Source: Bugula neritina (Eukaryota; Animalia; Bryozoa). Taken from it: a DNA stretch of 64,000 nucleotides. The translations under genes and the position numbers were made by a program. The stretch spans positions 11,350,480 through 11,414,479 of the forward strand of contig OZ037771.1 of NCBI GenBank assembly GCA_964035545.1. Direction: 5' to 3'. Below the pieces are notes generated by a model. The model had not been told where the DNA came from and searched no databases. It saw nothing but the letters and a program-made list of their open reading frames with translations. Below are positions 1 to 12,900 of the stretch, piece by piece (positions within the stretch are counted from its first letter, which is position 1; every line of letters begins with the position of its first letter).

Positions 1-165
1 AGTTTAGTCGTTTTACTGATCTGTTGGTCAGCTATTTTATTATTATAACTGTTTTGTCTCCTTACAATTTTAAGCAATTTATGAGGCTCAAATCTTCTCA
101 TTTGAGACAATTGTCATATTTAATATGTAATATTATGCTAATCACACAGACCTCTATTAGCGGTA

Positions 166-670
166 TCAGGTAGACATCATGTTGACCAGGTAGACACCAT
201 GCTGACCAGGTAGACACCATGTTGACCAGGTAGACACCGTGTTGACCAGGTAGACACCGTGCTGACCAGGTAGACACCGTGTTGACCAGGTAGACATCGT
301 GTTGACCAGGTAGACACCATGTTGACCAGGTAGACACCATGTTGACCAGGTAGACATCGTGTTGACCAGGTAGACATCATGTTGACCAGGTAGACACCGT
401 GTTGACCAGGTAGACACTGTGTTGACCAGGTAGACACCATGTTGACCAGGTAGACACCATGTTGACCAGGTAGACATCGTGTTGACCAGGTAGACATCGT
501 GTTGACCAGGTAGACATCGTGTTGACCAGGTAGACATCGTGTTGACCAGGTAGACACTGTGTTGACCAGGTAGACACCATGTTGACCAGGTAGACACCGT
601 GCTGACCAGGTAGACACCGTGTTGTTCTATGCTGACGCCATGCTGACCAGGTAGACACCGTGTTGTTCTA
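166..670. repeat. 20-bp minisatellite (GTTGACCAGGTAGACACCAT, about 24 copies)
   Basis: Directly visible tandem array ending at the acceptor of exon 680. It explains ORFs 98-340, 166-690, 177-617 and 377-658. Confidence 0.97.
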
Positions 671-679
671 TGCTGACAG

Positions 680-3600
680 GGTCCAGCCAAGGAGCCTGAG
701 ATCCATCAGTATCTTAGAATATGCAGAAGTTGCTATGAAGTTAAGAAGAATTCCCAGTTACAAAGAGAAAGAGATATTATATTGAAGGTTCAACAGATGG
801 TGAGTATATGTACTCTGATATTTCTCGGGTGTTGTAATCCGTTCCACTGGATACTGGTTGTTATTATATTGCCTGGGCATTGCAACTGCTACTAGTACCA
901 AAAACCTAATATGCTTATAAAATAGTATACTCATTCCTAGTGCATTCACCTAGATTTACATCCGTTGTCAGTTTTTGCTTTCTTATTATTTATAGTATAA
1001 AGTTGCGTTTATACCTTCATGATATAAATTCAGTTGAAATTTCACCGAGTTGCATTGCATTGTAAAAGCCACTCGTCAAAATTTTTATACTGTGATAACT
1101 TAATCGGCCGAGTTCAGAATATTACTCAAAAGGAGTAATAACTTCTTGTAAATATTGGTATTTAATTATGATTTTTTGCGATTAGATGACGTATGTGCTT
1201 ATATGTTAATAATTATATCACCTACGCCTTCTCAATTATCGCTTTTATGCTGTCAACTTTACTAATTCACGACATTTTCAAAAGGCATCAAATAGCAATT
1301 ACGCGAGTCAGATTTCACTTTTAGAAAGTAAGCTTCCGCATCAATATGATTTCACCGAGTTTCAGTTTGACTATAAAGGGGTACTCGAGCGAGTGTTTTT
1401 AACTGAAACTTGGTACTTTTTTCAGCAGAGGTATAACCGCAACTTAATTCCGTTATTAAATAACTAGCAATTGAAGCATTTTTTCATTTGTGTGATGTGG
1501 CATATTCTGATGTGATATGATGCAATATAATGATACCGTGTATTCTAATTTGATATGATGTAATAGACTATGATATAATATAATCTGATATGGTATACTC
1601 TAATGTGATACAGTTTGATATGATAAAATATAATACGATGTTGTATATTATAATATGATATAATAGAATATAATATAACATGATGTTGTATATTATAATA
1701 TGATATAATAGAATATAATATAACATGATGTTGTATATTATAATATGATATAATAGAATATAATATAACATGGTGTTGTATATTATAATATGATATAATA
1801 GAATATAATATAACATGGTGTTGTATATTATAATATGATATAATAGAATATAATATAACATGATGTTGTATATTATAATATGATATAATAGAATATAATA
1901 TAACATGGTGTTGTATATTATAATATGATATAATAGAATTTAATATAACATGGTGTTGTATATTATAATATGATATAACAGAATTTAATATAACATGGTG
2001 TTGTATATTATAATACGTTATAGTGTGATATAGTATAACATCATGGATATGGTATGCTGCATGTTGATAATTTAGCAAAGCTTTTTATCGCTATCAGAAT
2101 TCAATTCCTACAGATTAAGACATAAGTTGAGAAGTACTATAGGAATATTATATGTAACAAAGTAAGCATCATTGCATTATTAGCAAATATAAGCGAATTT
2201 ATTGCATTTGTTTAGCTTTTTTGATATTTATATAAGCATTCTTCTCATTCATCAGTCATGTAGCAAACCTGCACAAAAGTGTCTCAATGTTTTAACAAAC
2301 ATATAAAAGGGTACACTTAGAAATATATTTTTACAATTATGTTATTTTTTAATTTTCTTTTTTTACATTACTTTAATTTCTTCCCTGCAGGAAGTAACTG
2401 CATTCTGGGACCAGCTTTCATCGTTTCATGATGCTTTGTTGGCGAATCAGAGACAGATTGCGAGTTCTCTCGAGAAGGTATGACTCAGCATCTCCTCACC
2501 TTCTCTTGTTTTACTTCCTGTATGCTACTTCCTGTATACTACTTCCTGTATAATCACCAGCTATAAATGTATCAACACTTCTACGTTATCAACACTTGTG
2601 TATGTTTATACTTTATTACTTATGTCTTATCTTTTCATACGCAGGTTAACTTCACCTTTGGTTTGTAATACGTTGAGGAGGAAAAAATGTTTTTAATGGA
2701 CAATAACCTATTTGTTGGAGTGTAGCTGTACCTACTTTTTCTTGAGAATATAACCAGATGAGTCATTGCAGTGAGATGTGATCCTAGTATTATACAGTTT
2801 TATACTTGTTTAGTATGAGGTCCTAGTGAAGAGCCTAGAAGATGGGTCGCACAGGACTGACCGAGGCAACAATGTACAAACCCTGTCTAAGGCGCAGGTG
2901 TGTATGATGTCATTCTTTCATTGGCAACAATAAACTAAGATATCTTTTAATGTTTTAAAAGTTTTTACTGGCTGTGAGTCATAAATTCTTAAAAGTTATT
3001 ATTTACAAATGCTGCCAGCTATTGACAACTGTAAATAAGATGAACTTATCTGTAATCCTGGATGTATAATAGTCATAATTTTAGCTACACTATATATATT
3101 TTATATATTATTTGTTATGTAATGAAAGCTTCCACTTTTAAAATAGTTTGTCCCTTGGAGAACTGCTTTAGACAAGTTTTTGTAAACGGCTTTAACATTA
3201 AACTATACTGGTAACAAGATTTGATAACCTTTGTTTCACGGGAGCCATTACCAGTGGAAGTTTTCCTGACATTCTGGCCATGCTGAAATTCTTATCTAAT
3301 GTTTGCTCCATCTTCAAGTTTTTTTGTAACGTTTTTGTTCATATTTCATCATCTCCTAACTTTCTATAGATAGACCTGAGTGACCTCTTTGTCAGCTATC
3401 TTACAAAAACAAATAAGTTTAAAGCCCTGAAGCCTGTCTCCCCAAACACTCAGAAACTGGCTTCAAATATTCAAATGGTAAGCACACGCCTCTCATACTA
3501 CAGACAGAACTTGTGTGGTACATTCTTGCATGTGCTAATCATCATGTTTTAGGTGATAACGATCTCTAATGTAAATGTAATGTTGCAAGGCAAAGGCTAT

Positions 3601-6169
3601 AGAACTCAACTGTTTAGTGCAGGGCTGTCCAACAGGCAGCCCCAGGGCCGGATGTAGCCCCCAGCCTACATAATTTATGTGGCCCTCAACGGCATAAAAC
3701 TAAAACTAGTTTTTACACATATATAATATGAATTAGGGTGAAAAACCACATTTTAAATGTCTTATTTCTACATATGCTACAAAACATGCAGCCTGCAGTA
3801 ACTATTGGGACTTAATTGTGCAGTGATTCATAAAGTTTTGGAATAAATTAATTTGAAAAATACTGATGCTGTGGCCCCCAGCTCAAACTGAAGTTTACAA
3901 TTTGGCCCTCGTCACCAGAATGTTGCGTTTCAGTGGCCCTGGTGTAGTGCATGACTTGTTTATATTTTTAGCTTTTCTTTACTTTTATTTTCAATTTTTC
4001 CTTCGGGTTGATAAAATCACGCGTAGACTATTTCAAATTTGTCAACTGTTAGACTTTGTAGAGATCTCTTAGCTATTGTGTATACTAGGTAGACTATTCG
4101 TCAGTCTTTTTGTAGTCTGCTGTGAAGTTCTATACTGAAAACAGAGTTCTATATAAAGAGCTGAGGGCTAGTCTAGAGGAATATTTACCTCATTCAATAA
4201 TGGAGACAATACAGAGTCAAGTCAACAAGAATGTAAGCTCCAGTTTTATCTTATAAGTTAATATATAATCTCATTGTATTGAAACTAGTTGTTCTTAGTT
4301 TAGGAAGTCAATAATTATTATCAGCTAGTTGTTGCTGTAGGAATATTTTTTATTATATATAATTTTTATTCCTGACACTTGTATATTTTTCGAAACATCT
4401 CTCAAAAATTTTACCTAATTTTGTTTGCTAAATTTGCTACTATCTGACTCAATGCTCTGCTACAGGCCCTCATCTGTGTACATCTTCTAGTCAAGCAGTT
4501 GGCCCTTGAAGTCATCTCCTTTGATAACACAACGTGTGGGAAGCAGGCAGGTGAAATTGCACAGCATCTGGTGGACGCTGAACAGGTGTGAAGTGGAGTT
4601 TTATTATTTCAAGTTTCTCTTTTAAAGAAACATAAATCATCATAAATAATTTCAAACCAGAAACAGAAGCAGTGCCTGTGTTACTCTCGATTCTATAGCC
4701 TTGTTGCAAGCAGCCTCTTTCTTGATCAGAGTGTTACATGAATTCCTTTAAAACTACTTCATGTGTGTTGCCTATTCCTCTAATACTAATAGGTGTAGGT
4801 AGTTTTCGTTTTGGAGCTATCTACTTCATGATATTCCTGTTTGCAGAGTTCATCAAAATTATTGATGTTTACTTTATCGGTATTTAGAGATGAGAATATT
4901 TCTAACTTAAACTTGACACATGTTTGGTATCATCTACCTTGCAATGTATTGTGTAAGCATATCTAGTTCTAGCCTCAGTACCCACAGTTATTCAGAATGT
5001 CACCATATGTCACTCTCCAGAATGGTGAACCATACTTATAACTAAAATTAAAATATTGAATGTTCCGTTGTCTAGAATATTGGTATTCTAAGAGTTCAAA
5101 CACCAATAAAAAAATTTTGTATCTCATTTTTTCTTTCCAAAAGCTTACATTTTCTGTTTAAATTTCTGGAATTTTCTATTAGGCTGTTTCCGCGCAATGA
5201 CTATTAAACTGGTAGATTCCGCTAAGCTTGCAGGTAGTACAGACTACAGTGTTGTAATGCCACAACATATCATGTTTGTTTCAGGTAATAACAGACGAGT
5301 TGCAAGCAGTGCTATATAAGTTAGAGGGAGATGACATGTCATGGGAGGAACACGAGAAGGATGCTAACCTAATGATTAGAGAGCTGTTGAGGGTAAATCA
5401 TCATCATATCTGTCTGTCTGTCTGTCCATTTGATTGTCTTAGGCCTTAAAGATAAATTGTATGGGCTAATGGAATCTAAGGTTTGACAACTCCCGTCAAA
5501 AATTCATTTGTGTTCCTGAGAGGTTTTTTTGTTGTGAGTTTCATGATGAGTCTTGTCAAAGTGAATATCTTAATCTTAATTCAATTGCTTCAAGTAAGAC
5601 TTTACGTTTTACTATCAACTATGCTGTGCTTTTCTGTAATTTTAGTTTATTTGTTCGCTTTTATCATGCTTTGTTCTTGAGTTGGTCAAAGATGTTTTCC
5701 TTGTCAATACTAATTTCTCATAAGCTCTGCTAATTATCAGCGTAGACACTTTTTAAAATCAGAAATTCAAGACATCTGCAATTAGATTTTACCTTCAGTT
5801 TTTGCTGAAAATATAGCTTCTCTGTTACCAAGTAATAACAGTTGTAGGAATATTCACAATTTGAATAGCATAAGAGGTGTTCTTTGATTCATTTTGATGG
5901 TGGATAGCTGGTGAAGATAAGGTGTGTTAATTATGTCAATGTAGGAGCAGAGGCTAATAAGTGTGACACCCTATCAGAGATCACAGCCTGCGTTTCTCCT
6001 GAATCTAGTGGTGGAGAGGAGCTGTGAGGTACTCGACAAGATAAGTCTTCAGCTAAAAGCTAAGGTTACACAGAGCAGCTATACTCAGGTTAAGGACACC
6101 ATACAGCAGGTTAAGGAGTCCATCTTGGAACTAGTGTGTAGGAATGGCAGTGACCTGCCTGTGTGTTGA
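680..6169 (+). CDS. 3' part of a FYVE zinc-finger, rabenosyn-5-like protein gene (5' exons upstream, probably outside the window)
   Basis: Exons 680-799, 2391-2477, 2814-2897, 3370-3477, 4116-4232, 4466-4585, 5285-5392, 5945-6169(TGA), all AG/GT-bounded, join into one open frame. YLRICRSCYE resembles the FYVE C-terminal RVCxxC motif. KYEVLVKSLEDG and QKLASNIQMSAVKFYTEN resemble the helices that follow the FYVE domain in rabenosyn-5 (from memory). The gene model is solid; the identity is moderate. Confidence 0.75.
998..1447 (+). mobile_element. MITE family 1, copy 1 (non-autonomous DNA transposon, possibly Kolobok-like)
   Basis: Terminal inverted repeats AAGTTGCGTTTATACC / GGTATAACCGCAACTT with TTAA-like flanks. 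A diverged inverted copy lies at 28813-29274. Confidence 0.8.
1636..2040. repeat. 45-bp AT-rich minisatellite (about 9 copies)
   Basis: Unit TGATGTTGTATATTATAATATGATATAATAGAATATAATATAACA. Confidence 0.95.
3620..3941 (+). mobile_element. hAT (Charlie-like) MITE family 2, copy 1
   Basis: CAGGG...CCCTG termini, 8-bp TSD GTTTAGTG/GTGTAGTG, and internal GGCCC repeats. Shares TACTGATGCTG.GGCCCCCAGCTCAAACTGAAGTTTACAAT with 37597-37904. Confidence 0.75.
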
Positions 6170-9100
6170 ATACTACATATCTTAGCCTTAGGAAGCATCA
6201 CAACTAGCAACTAAACAAAAGGCATCGACATATTTTCTGTCGTTATATAGTTATAGTGGCTGTTGGGATCAAGTAACTCACTGTACAGAGTAGATTGCAG
6301 GATATAAAATCTGCCTTCAGCTTGAAACTAACTTTAAGAAGTTGTATTTATAATTGTCCTGTTACTCTTGCCTTTTTCTTTACTTAATTTTATTACTTAA
6401 AATTATTTCTTTCATATTATAAGTTTTCTGCTTTTTTGCTCCTGGTGATAAATCAAAGTCCAAATTCCATACGATTTTATTTTTGCTATATTTCTTATGT
6501 TTTTGTAGATATTTTGTACCTGCCTAAAGAAATAGTGTTTTTACTATATTCCCATGATTTTTATTTTACACTGAATTTTAGTTTCTAATTTTTAGACTTT
6601 CTAGTTTTTATCAAAAATGTATGATTTTTCTCAATAATTTTAGTCACTATAGATATTAATAGTATGTTAATAAAATACATACATATATTTCATCACTGTC
6701 AGTCGCACTACAAAAGCTCATTTAATGATACCTAATAATGTTTTAATACTGCATAAATATAAGTGCTCCATTGTAGGTTATTTTGCAAGCACATTCTACA
6801 AACGAGTTCCATAACATAGCATTCTGATAACTCATACAAATGTAAAAACAGATAATTAGTTGAAGGAAAATCTGGGGTTTATAATCTGTAAATAAAATCT
6901 TTCATTTTTTGCCATTTAGTTCTCATTGTCTCTGGTGTCACAGTGCATTGCAAGAATTGTCCTAACCTTTGTTCTCATAAATAGTCACCTCTTCCACTTC
7001 TGCTCTTTCATAAATCACTTCTGGTACTCCGAGTTCTTGTGCCACCCTGTTAAGCAGCAGAGTAACCAGTGTGTACTGTTAATATAGCTGTATGTTTACA
7101 TTAGCTGGTACTCCTAAATTAACTGTCATTAATGTTCTCAACATAGTATTACTGAAGGACTATTTTGTATTCATTGCCGTGTTTTGTATTCATTTTGTAA
7201 TCAGTGCACATATTGCGTAACTGTTTCTATCATATAAGTTCATAACTCTTTCTTATGTCGATATTTTAGGTTTTTGTATTACATGTACTAGCTTTGTGTT
7301 AGTGGACATGACAAGTTGTTTCTTTTATACTATTTTAAAGGTTTCAACTTTTAATGTGCTTTAGAGGTGAATGTAACATAGGAGTTAAGAGCTTAACTTA
7401 CTCATAAACTGCTAGCACCAAGTACACTGAGCTGCATTGAAGGATGAGGAGAAATGGATTCAATGGGAACGTTATTTTTGAAAGCATATATATTGGCATT
7501 ATCTGTTTACTCTGAGCTGTATACTAAATATTAAACACATTTATGGCAGCTTTATATATGAAAGCCTATATATATGTATACATACACGCACGAATACACA
7601 CACACATATATATAACTTCACGAAAATTTAGATGTTTAGGATATGTTGGTGGACTATAAATTTTATATGGGAAATTGAATGCTATTTATTAGAATTTCCT
7701 ATCATGGTAACAATATGATGGCTCCAATTATAAATGTGAAATTGCAATTTCTCTAGATTTTAATTTTCAATTATAGCAAACTAATTGGCTTTTTCTTTTT
7801 TCTATAATTTCATTAATTAGCAAACTGCACAATTAGCTAAATACAGAAATAATGCAAGTCTAAACATTTATTATATGATGACTTCATAGAATCTTATCTT
7901 CCATAACTACTACTCACATATCTTATATGAGAGACTCAACCCCACTTACAGTGGGCAGTAAAAGTTACCTGAAAGATTCTTTACAGGTGGGTAAGACTGA
8001 ACCACTACCAGCAGCTTTTGACTCACTGCCAGTTTTCTCTTGTGACTCAGAGGAGACCCCAGTCTTTGACTGAGAGCACTGACTATGGCTGTCACCACTA
8101 GACATGTTCTTGGTGACATGTACTACTCACTGTATACCAGCTTAAGTATGCGCATGAGCAATTTAATTTCTCTGTTAAGCTTCTGATTTCTTATATTTAA
8201 AAGAATAATGCAGGCTTAATTTTCTATGCCCCCAGATCTTTGAACCATGCGCTAATGTTGAGTAGTAAATGGTGATACAAGATCAATGGCCTGTTGTGTA
8301 TTCAATACACCGACCATGTCTGATGATAACCATAGTAAGCATATGGACATATTGCAAGTGCTACACCTGCTTTTTTGTATGTGATATTGCTTCAGAGATA
8401 CATTCAGCTTCAAGTTAAAATATATCCAACGTACTTAATATTTTTTATATGACAATGACCTGCTTGATATTTAATAAAACTATATTTTATTAAATTTTCT
8501 AGCAAGGCATGCAAGAAGTTTGTGGGGTTTTTTATTTTACATTTTCAAAGGTGAACTATGCAAATGTTCATATTTGTTTTCACTTAAGTTGATTAAAGCA
8601 ATAATAGTTCAATGATGTCAGCTAATGGCCTGTACAGCTACATGTACATTTGTTTATGAATTTATGAAAGTTTTTTATTGATATAGAAAGGTCTCCTAAA
8701 CATTTGAACCAAAATATATCATTAAAATTCAAATATAATTTGCGCTAAGCAAAGTAGGTTATCTCTTTATAATCTGCTAGTAACGAGATACTCAAAGTCT
8801 ACTATAATATATTGCTGTAAGTTTCAGCAAATATAAGCACTTCTGGTGTGTAACATCTAATAAACACATAAAAGCTGGGTATCTACACAATTTCACATTG
8901 GAAACTTTCTTCATGATTCAACTGCCTATGCATATAAGATTGAAATTGACAACAATGAGATATAGTTTAAAAGTTTATTTGAGATGAGGTAATCAAGTAG
9001 AGTATACATAACAAAAAATATGAATATAATGGTATCAGTTTAATATTTTCCTAGAAGGCTATCTCATGCTTAGAGAAAACTAGTTGCATTGAAAGTCTTT

Positions 9101-9927
9101 GAAACTAAACATAAAAAGTTTACAGGCAGAAAACACTGAAATGGAAATATATAACATTTATGCAGAGCTATGAAAAAACAGCTCAGATACAATAAACTAA
9201 GATAACTAAAGTCCTAAAAGAAACGGCGCACAAAAATTGAGTGCTGCAAAATTTTTAAGAGAGGTTTTATGACAATTACTACAGACAAATATTACGCTAT
9301 TGCATCATGCAGCTACTTACAGGACAGAAGATTTACAGTTATATTACGATCCAAAGTAACTAGAGACTGAAAACAGACTATATTCTACTAGAGTATAAGT
9401 GGAGAATGAGGAGATATAACAGGTTATTGGTATGTACAGGAAAGGTAATAAACAGAGATCTTCAATTATGACTAAATGTTATGTACAGTGACATTCTTAA
9501 ACTATATCTATAAACAGTAATATCAGCAAGCTACAGTAAAAACTAAACTATTTCCAGAGATCATAAATGTACAGAAGAATTAATATGTCAAAATATAATA
9601 CAATAAATGGACCTCACAACATTAGAGAGAAGTCTTAAGCTAGCACTGGATATATATATACAAACAAAAGAGCAATGTATGCTCATACAATGAGGAGTTA
9701 TCTTTTCTAATAAGTATAGCAGCATTACATAAGTTTTCCAGCAGTTTCAGACACCTACTGATTAACCTAAAATTCTAGCTGCAAGACATCAAAGTGAAGG
9801 TTTAACCAGTCAATAAGATCATTAATCAAGCTAATAAGTCAATGAATCAAGCATACATAATACTTATAATTACAGAAGTCTAAATGTGTTGAATTAGACA
9901 TTGCAAGCAGAAGCTCCAACACTCTAT

Positions 9928-12900
9928 TTACGCTCCATGACACTCAAGTAACATACACTCATACATCATGCTCTCATAGCCTTGCTGAGCTACCATGCAA
10001 CTACTGTGTTCATCTATAGAGGTACCATTCGTCATCTGGTGCAACCCATACGGCGTGGGAGTACTCGGAGCATACGGAGTGCATGGACTCATGTTGTTTT
10101 CTGAAATTAATCGAGGGAGTTATTGCACTACATGAAGAAATTTCCATGGAATCATCTTATAAACTCCGAGCTGCCAAATACGTGAGAAAAGTGTGGGTGG
10201 CGGAAAGAGGTACGCTAGCTTCTAAAATTGACCAATGGAGTAGTAAGATTTGGGAGTCAAATACAAGGAGAGTTCTTGTACTTATAGGAGCATCTGTAGG
10301 TGCAGTTGTCAACAAAGGAGTTGTTCTCCCTGACAATCGGGATAGAGTTGGGGTGAACTGAAGTGACAAAGTTTGGCTGTTCAATTGGTTCATCGGTTGT
10401 CATGGCAACACACCCGTTGCTCATTATTGGTTGACTAGAAGGTAGTATGACATTCGACTGACCTTGGAAATCACCCAACTCCAAGTAGCGAACTCGCTTC
10501 CATTCTTCATTCGCGTCTTCATCCACATCTTCTCTGCCTCTTTTTCTCCCGGCTACAAACGATCTGTTGCTGGAGACATCGTGAGAGAGCATTATGTCTT
10601 TCTGAATGAAGGTGTTGTTGGCCCGGCCGCAGGGTAGACTGCCATTTTGAGACGAATGCACGACCCCGCCATTGGTGGAATGGCCGTTCATGTGGCCATT
10701 TTGGTGAGCGTTACCGAGGTGATCGCCACTGTCCATCTCTACGTCCATTCCGTTGGTCAGCTCAGACCTGAGTGATTGGTGGGAGTCAATAGACTGGGGC
10801 AGTTTTCCTCCATTTATGCCCTGTAACAGAGTAGTAATAGCAATGTGTACAATGTAACAGAGTAGTAATAGCAATGTGTACAATGTAACACAGTAGTAAT
10901 AGCAATGTGTATAATGTAACAGAGTAGCAATAGCAATGTGTACAATGTAACAGAGTAGTAATAGTAATGTGTACAATGTAACAGAGTAGTAATAGCAATG
11001 TTAACAACGCAGAAACACACTAACAAGGTTTTCCAAGAAATTGTGGATTGAAAAGAGAGAAGTTTCTATTTTAAATGTGGTGAGATACCAGTATGAATGG
11101 CACAGTTGTTCCTTTCTCTTGTCGAGAAGACAACTCCTTTTGATACATAATTGTTACATGAAACAATATAATGATAAACATAGAGAGAATTTTGTTCGGC
11201 CCTAAAGTGAGTACTAACACAAAGTAATACCTGCCAGATGTGACACAACGTAATACCTGCGAGATATGATACAAAGCGACTATTTACCTGTATGATGACA
11301 CATTTGTTGGGCAGATTTCCAGGTAAGACGGACTGCGACTGTAACACTGGCAGCACTACATCGTCAATCACACCATTTCTCTTCAGAATCTGCTGCTGGG
11401 CTGACTTTTCGAGGTAGAGGGCGCAGTCAGGGTAACCACACTTGGCAGCAAGGTGACCTGGGGTCATGCCTGTGTTGTTCTGTGCACTGAAACATTACTT
11501 GATAGTTGCAATTTAGTGCTACAGTATCGTATGTACATAGTATATTACAGTATTGTATGTATATACTAAAACATATTATAAAACACTATGTACATCAATA
11601 AATGAAATAGCATGGAGTAAATGCAAAATTCCTTATATCATTAGCATGTAGCATAATATTTACATTGGGTAGATAAAGCTATTCTATGACACACCAATAG
11701 TAACATGCAGCTGATTGGATTATTGAATTGAATGGTTCCAACCCATTTCCTAGTAGATTACTGAATGGTCATTAAAGTGCTATCAGCATATTATCAGCCT
11801 TGCAGTATCAATTTACATATTTCCCAATAATTAATGGTTTTACACTCAGCACTATGACCTGTTCACTGGTTTTACTCAACCACAGCATGTAGATACTTTC
11901 TAAATTACTACAAATACTTCCACAACTACACTACTATAACTACTACATACTACTGCTACTACTACTTACTACTACTACTACTACTACTACTAAACTACTA
12001 TAATTACTATATACTATTGCTACTAGTACTACTACTACTACTACTACTACTACTACCCCTAAAAGGAAATTTGGGTGGGTAACAGTGCAGTAAATTTTTC
12101 TCGCAAATTGTCTTTGTCTCCACGGATGGTTGAGTTCTGAAGAGTGAGTAATAAATCTTTTCTGAGTTGAGTTGGGAGAGAAATTGAAGTATTGCCAACA
12201 GGCAGTGCACTCATAGTACACAGAGTACACAGAGTACACAGAGTACACAGAGTATACAGAACAGACAGAGTAGACAGAGTATACAGAACATACAGAGTAT
12301 ACAGAGCATACAGAGTATACAGAGTAGAGCAGACAGAGTATACAGAGTATACAGAGTAGAGCAGACAGAGTATACAGAGTACACAGAGTAGACAGAGTAT
12401 ACAGAGTAGACAGAGCAGACAGAGTAGAGTATACAGAGTAGAATATTGCTGACACAGCAAAGAACAGGACTGGGTGAATCAGGGAGTAACATATTCCAGC
12501 TGCTACTAGGAAGTGTCAGATGATTGATAAGAAAAGCTGCCATCCCCTGACGTACAGTGACTTAGTGAGAAGGTGTGAAGGGATTCATACAGTCACAACT
12601 GATCTTTAATGACAGAAGACAGCAGGTATGCTAGGTGTCATTTAGTGCACCTGCTGGCATGTTTCATGATGAAAAAATGAAATGACTAGCCCAGTATGTT
12701 AAGTGCACCTGTTGAATATCTGGCCAAAGGAAAGAGAGGGTAAAGTGAGAGTGTTAATAATGGCAAACATTCAAAACAAGCAAATAATCACACTATATGT
12801 TTACTTTATTGTCTTGAGGTTAAGATAAAGAGATGACAGGAAATGATAACTGTAAGCTGAAGTAACAATTGTTTGTATTATATACAGTTTGTTTACTATA

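Noticed and set aside
150-169. Possible micro-exon just before the 20-bp array
   Set aside because: Several AG/GT combinations are possible and none can be supported without transcripts.
98-690. Long repetitive ORFs (STWSTRCLPGQHGVYLVN...) and a CRISPR-like appearance
   Set aside because: These are translations of a 20-bp minisatellite. There are no unique spacers or cas genes, and the context is a eukaryotic intron.
1545-2078. 177-aa and 112-aa Tyr/Ile-rich ORFs
   Set aside because: Artefacts of the 45-bp minisatellite.
7927-8073. 48-codon plus-strand ORF (MRDSTPLTVG...) in a GC-richer patch
   Set aside because: No recognisable homology or gene structure; more likely a repeat fragment or UTR.
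10257-10259. TGA ending the 239-aa ORF as a selenocysteine or readthrough codon
   Set aside because: An in-frame TAG follows after only 13 more codons, and the conserved ANKRD10 C-terminus is reached by normal splicing (10462 to 10101).
10083-10361. 92-aa antisense ORF overlapping ANKRD10
   Set aside because: No homology or splice support; expected by chance in GC-richer sequence.
11943-12543. Overlapping Cys/Leu/Val/Ser-rich ORFs
   Set aside because: Derived from (TAC)n and 9-bp repeats.
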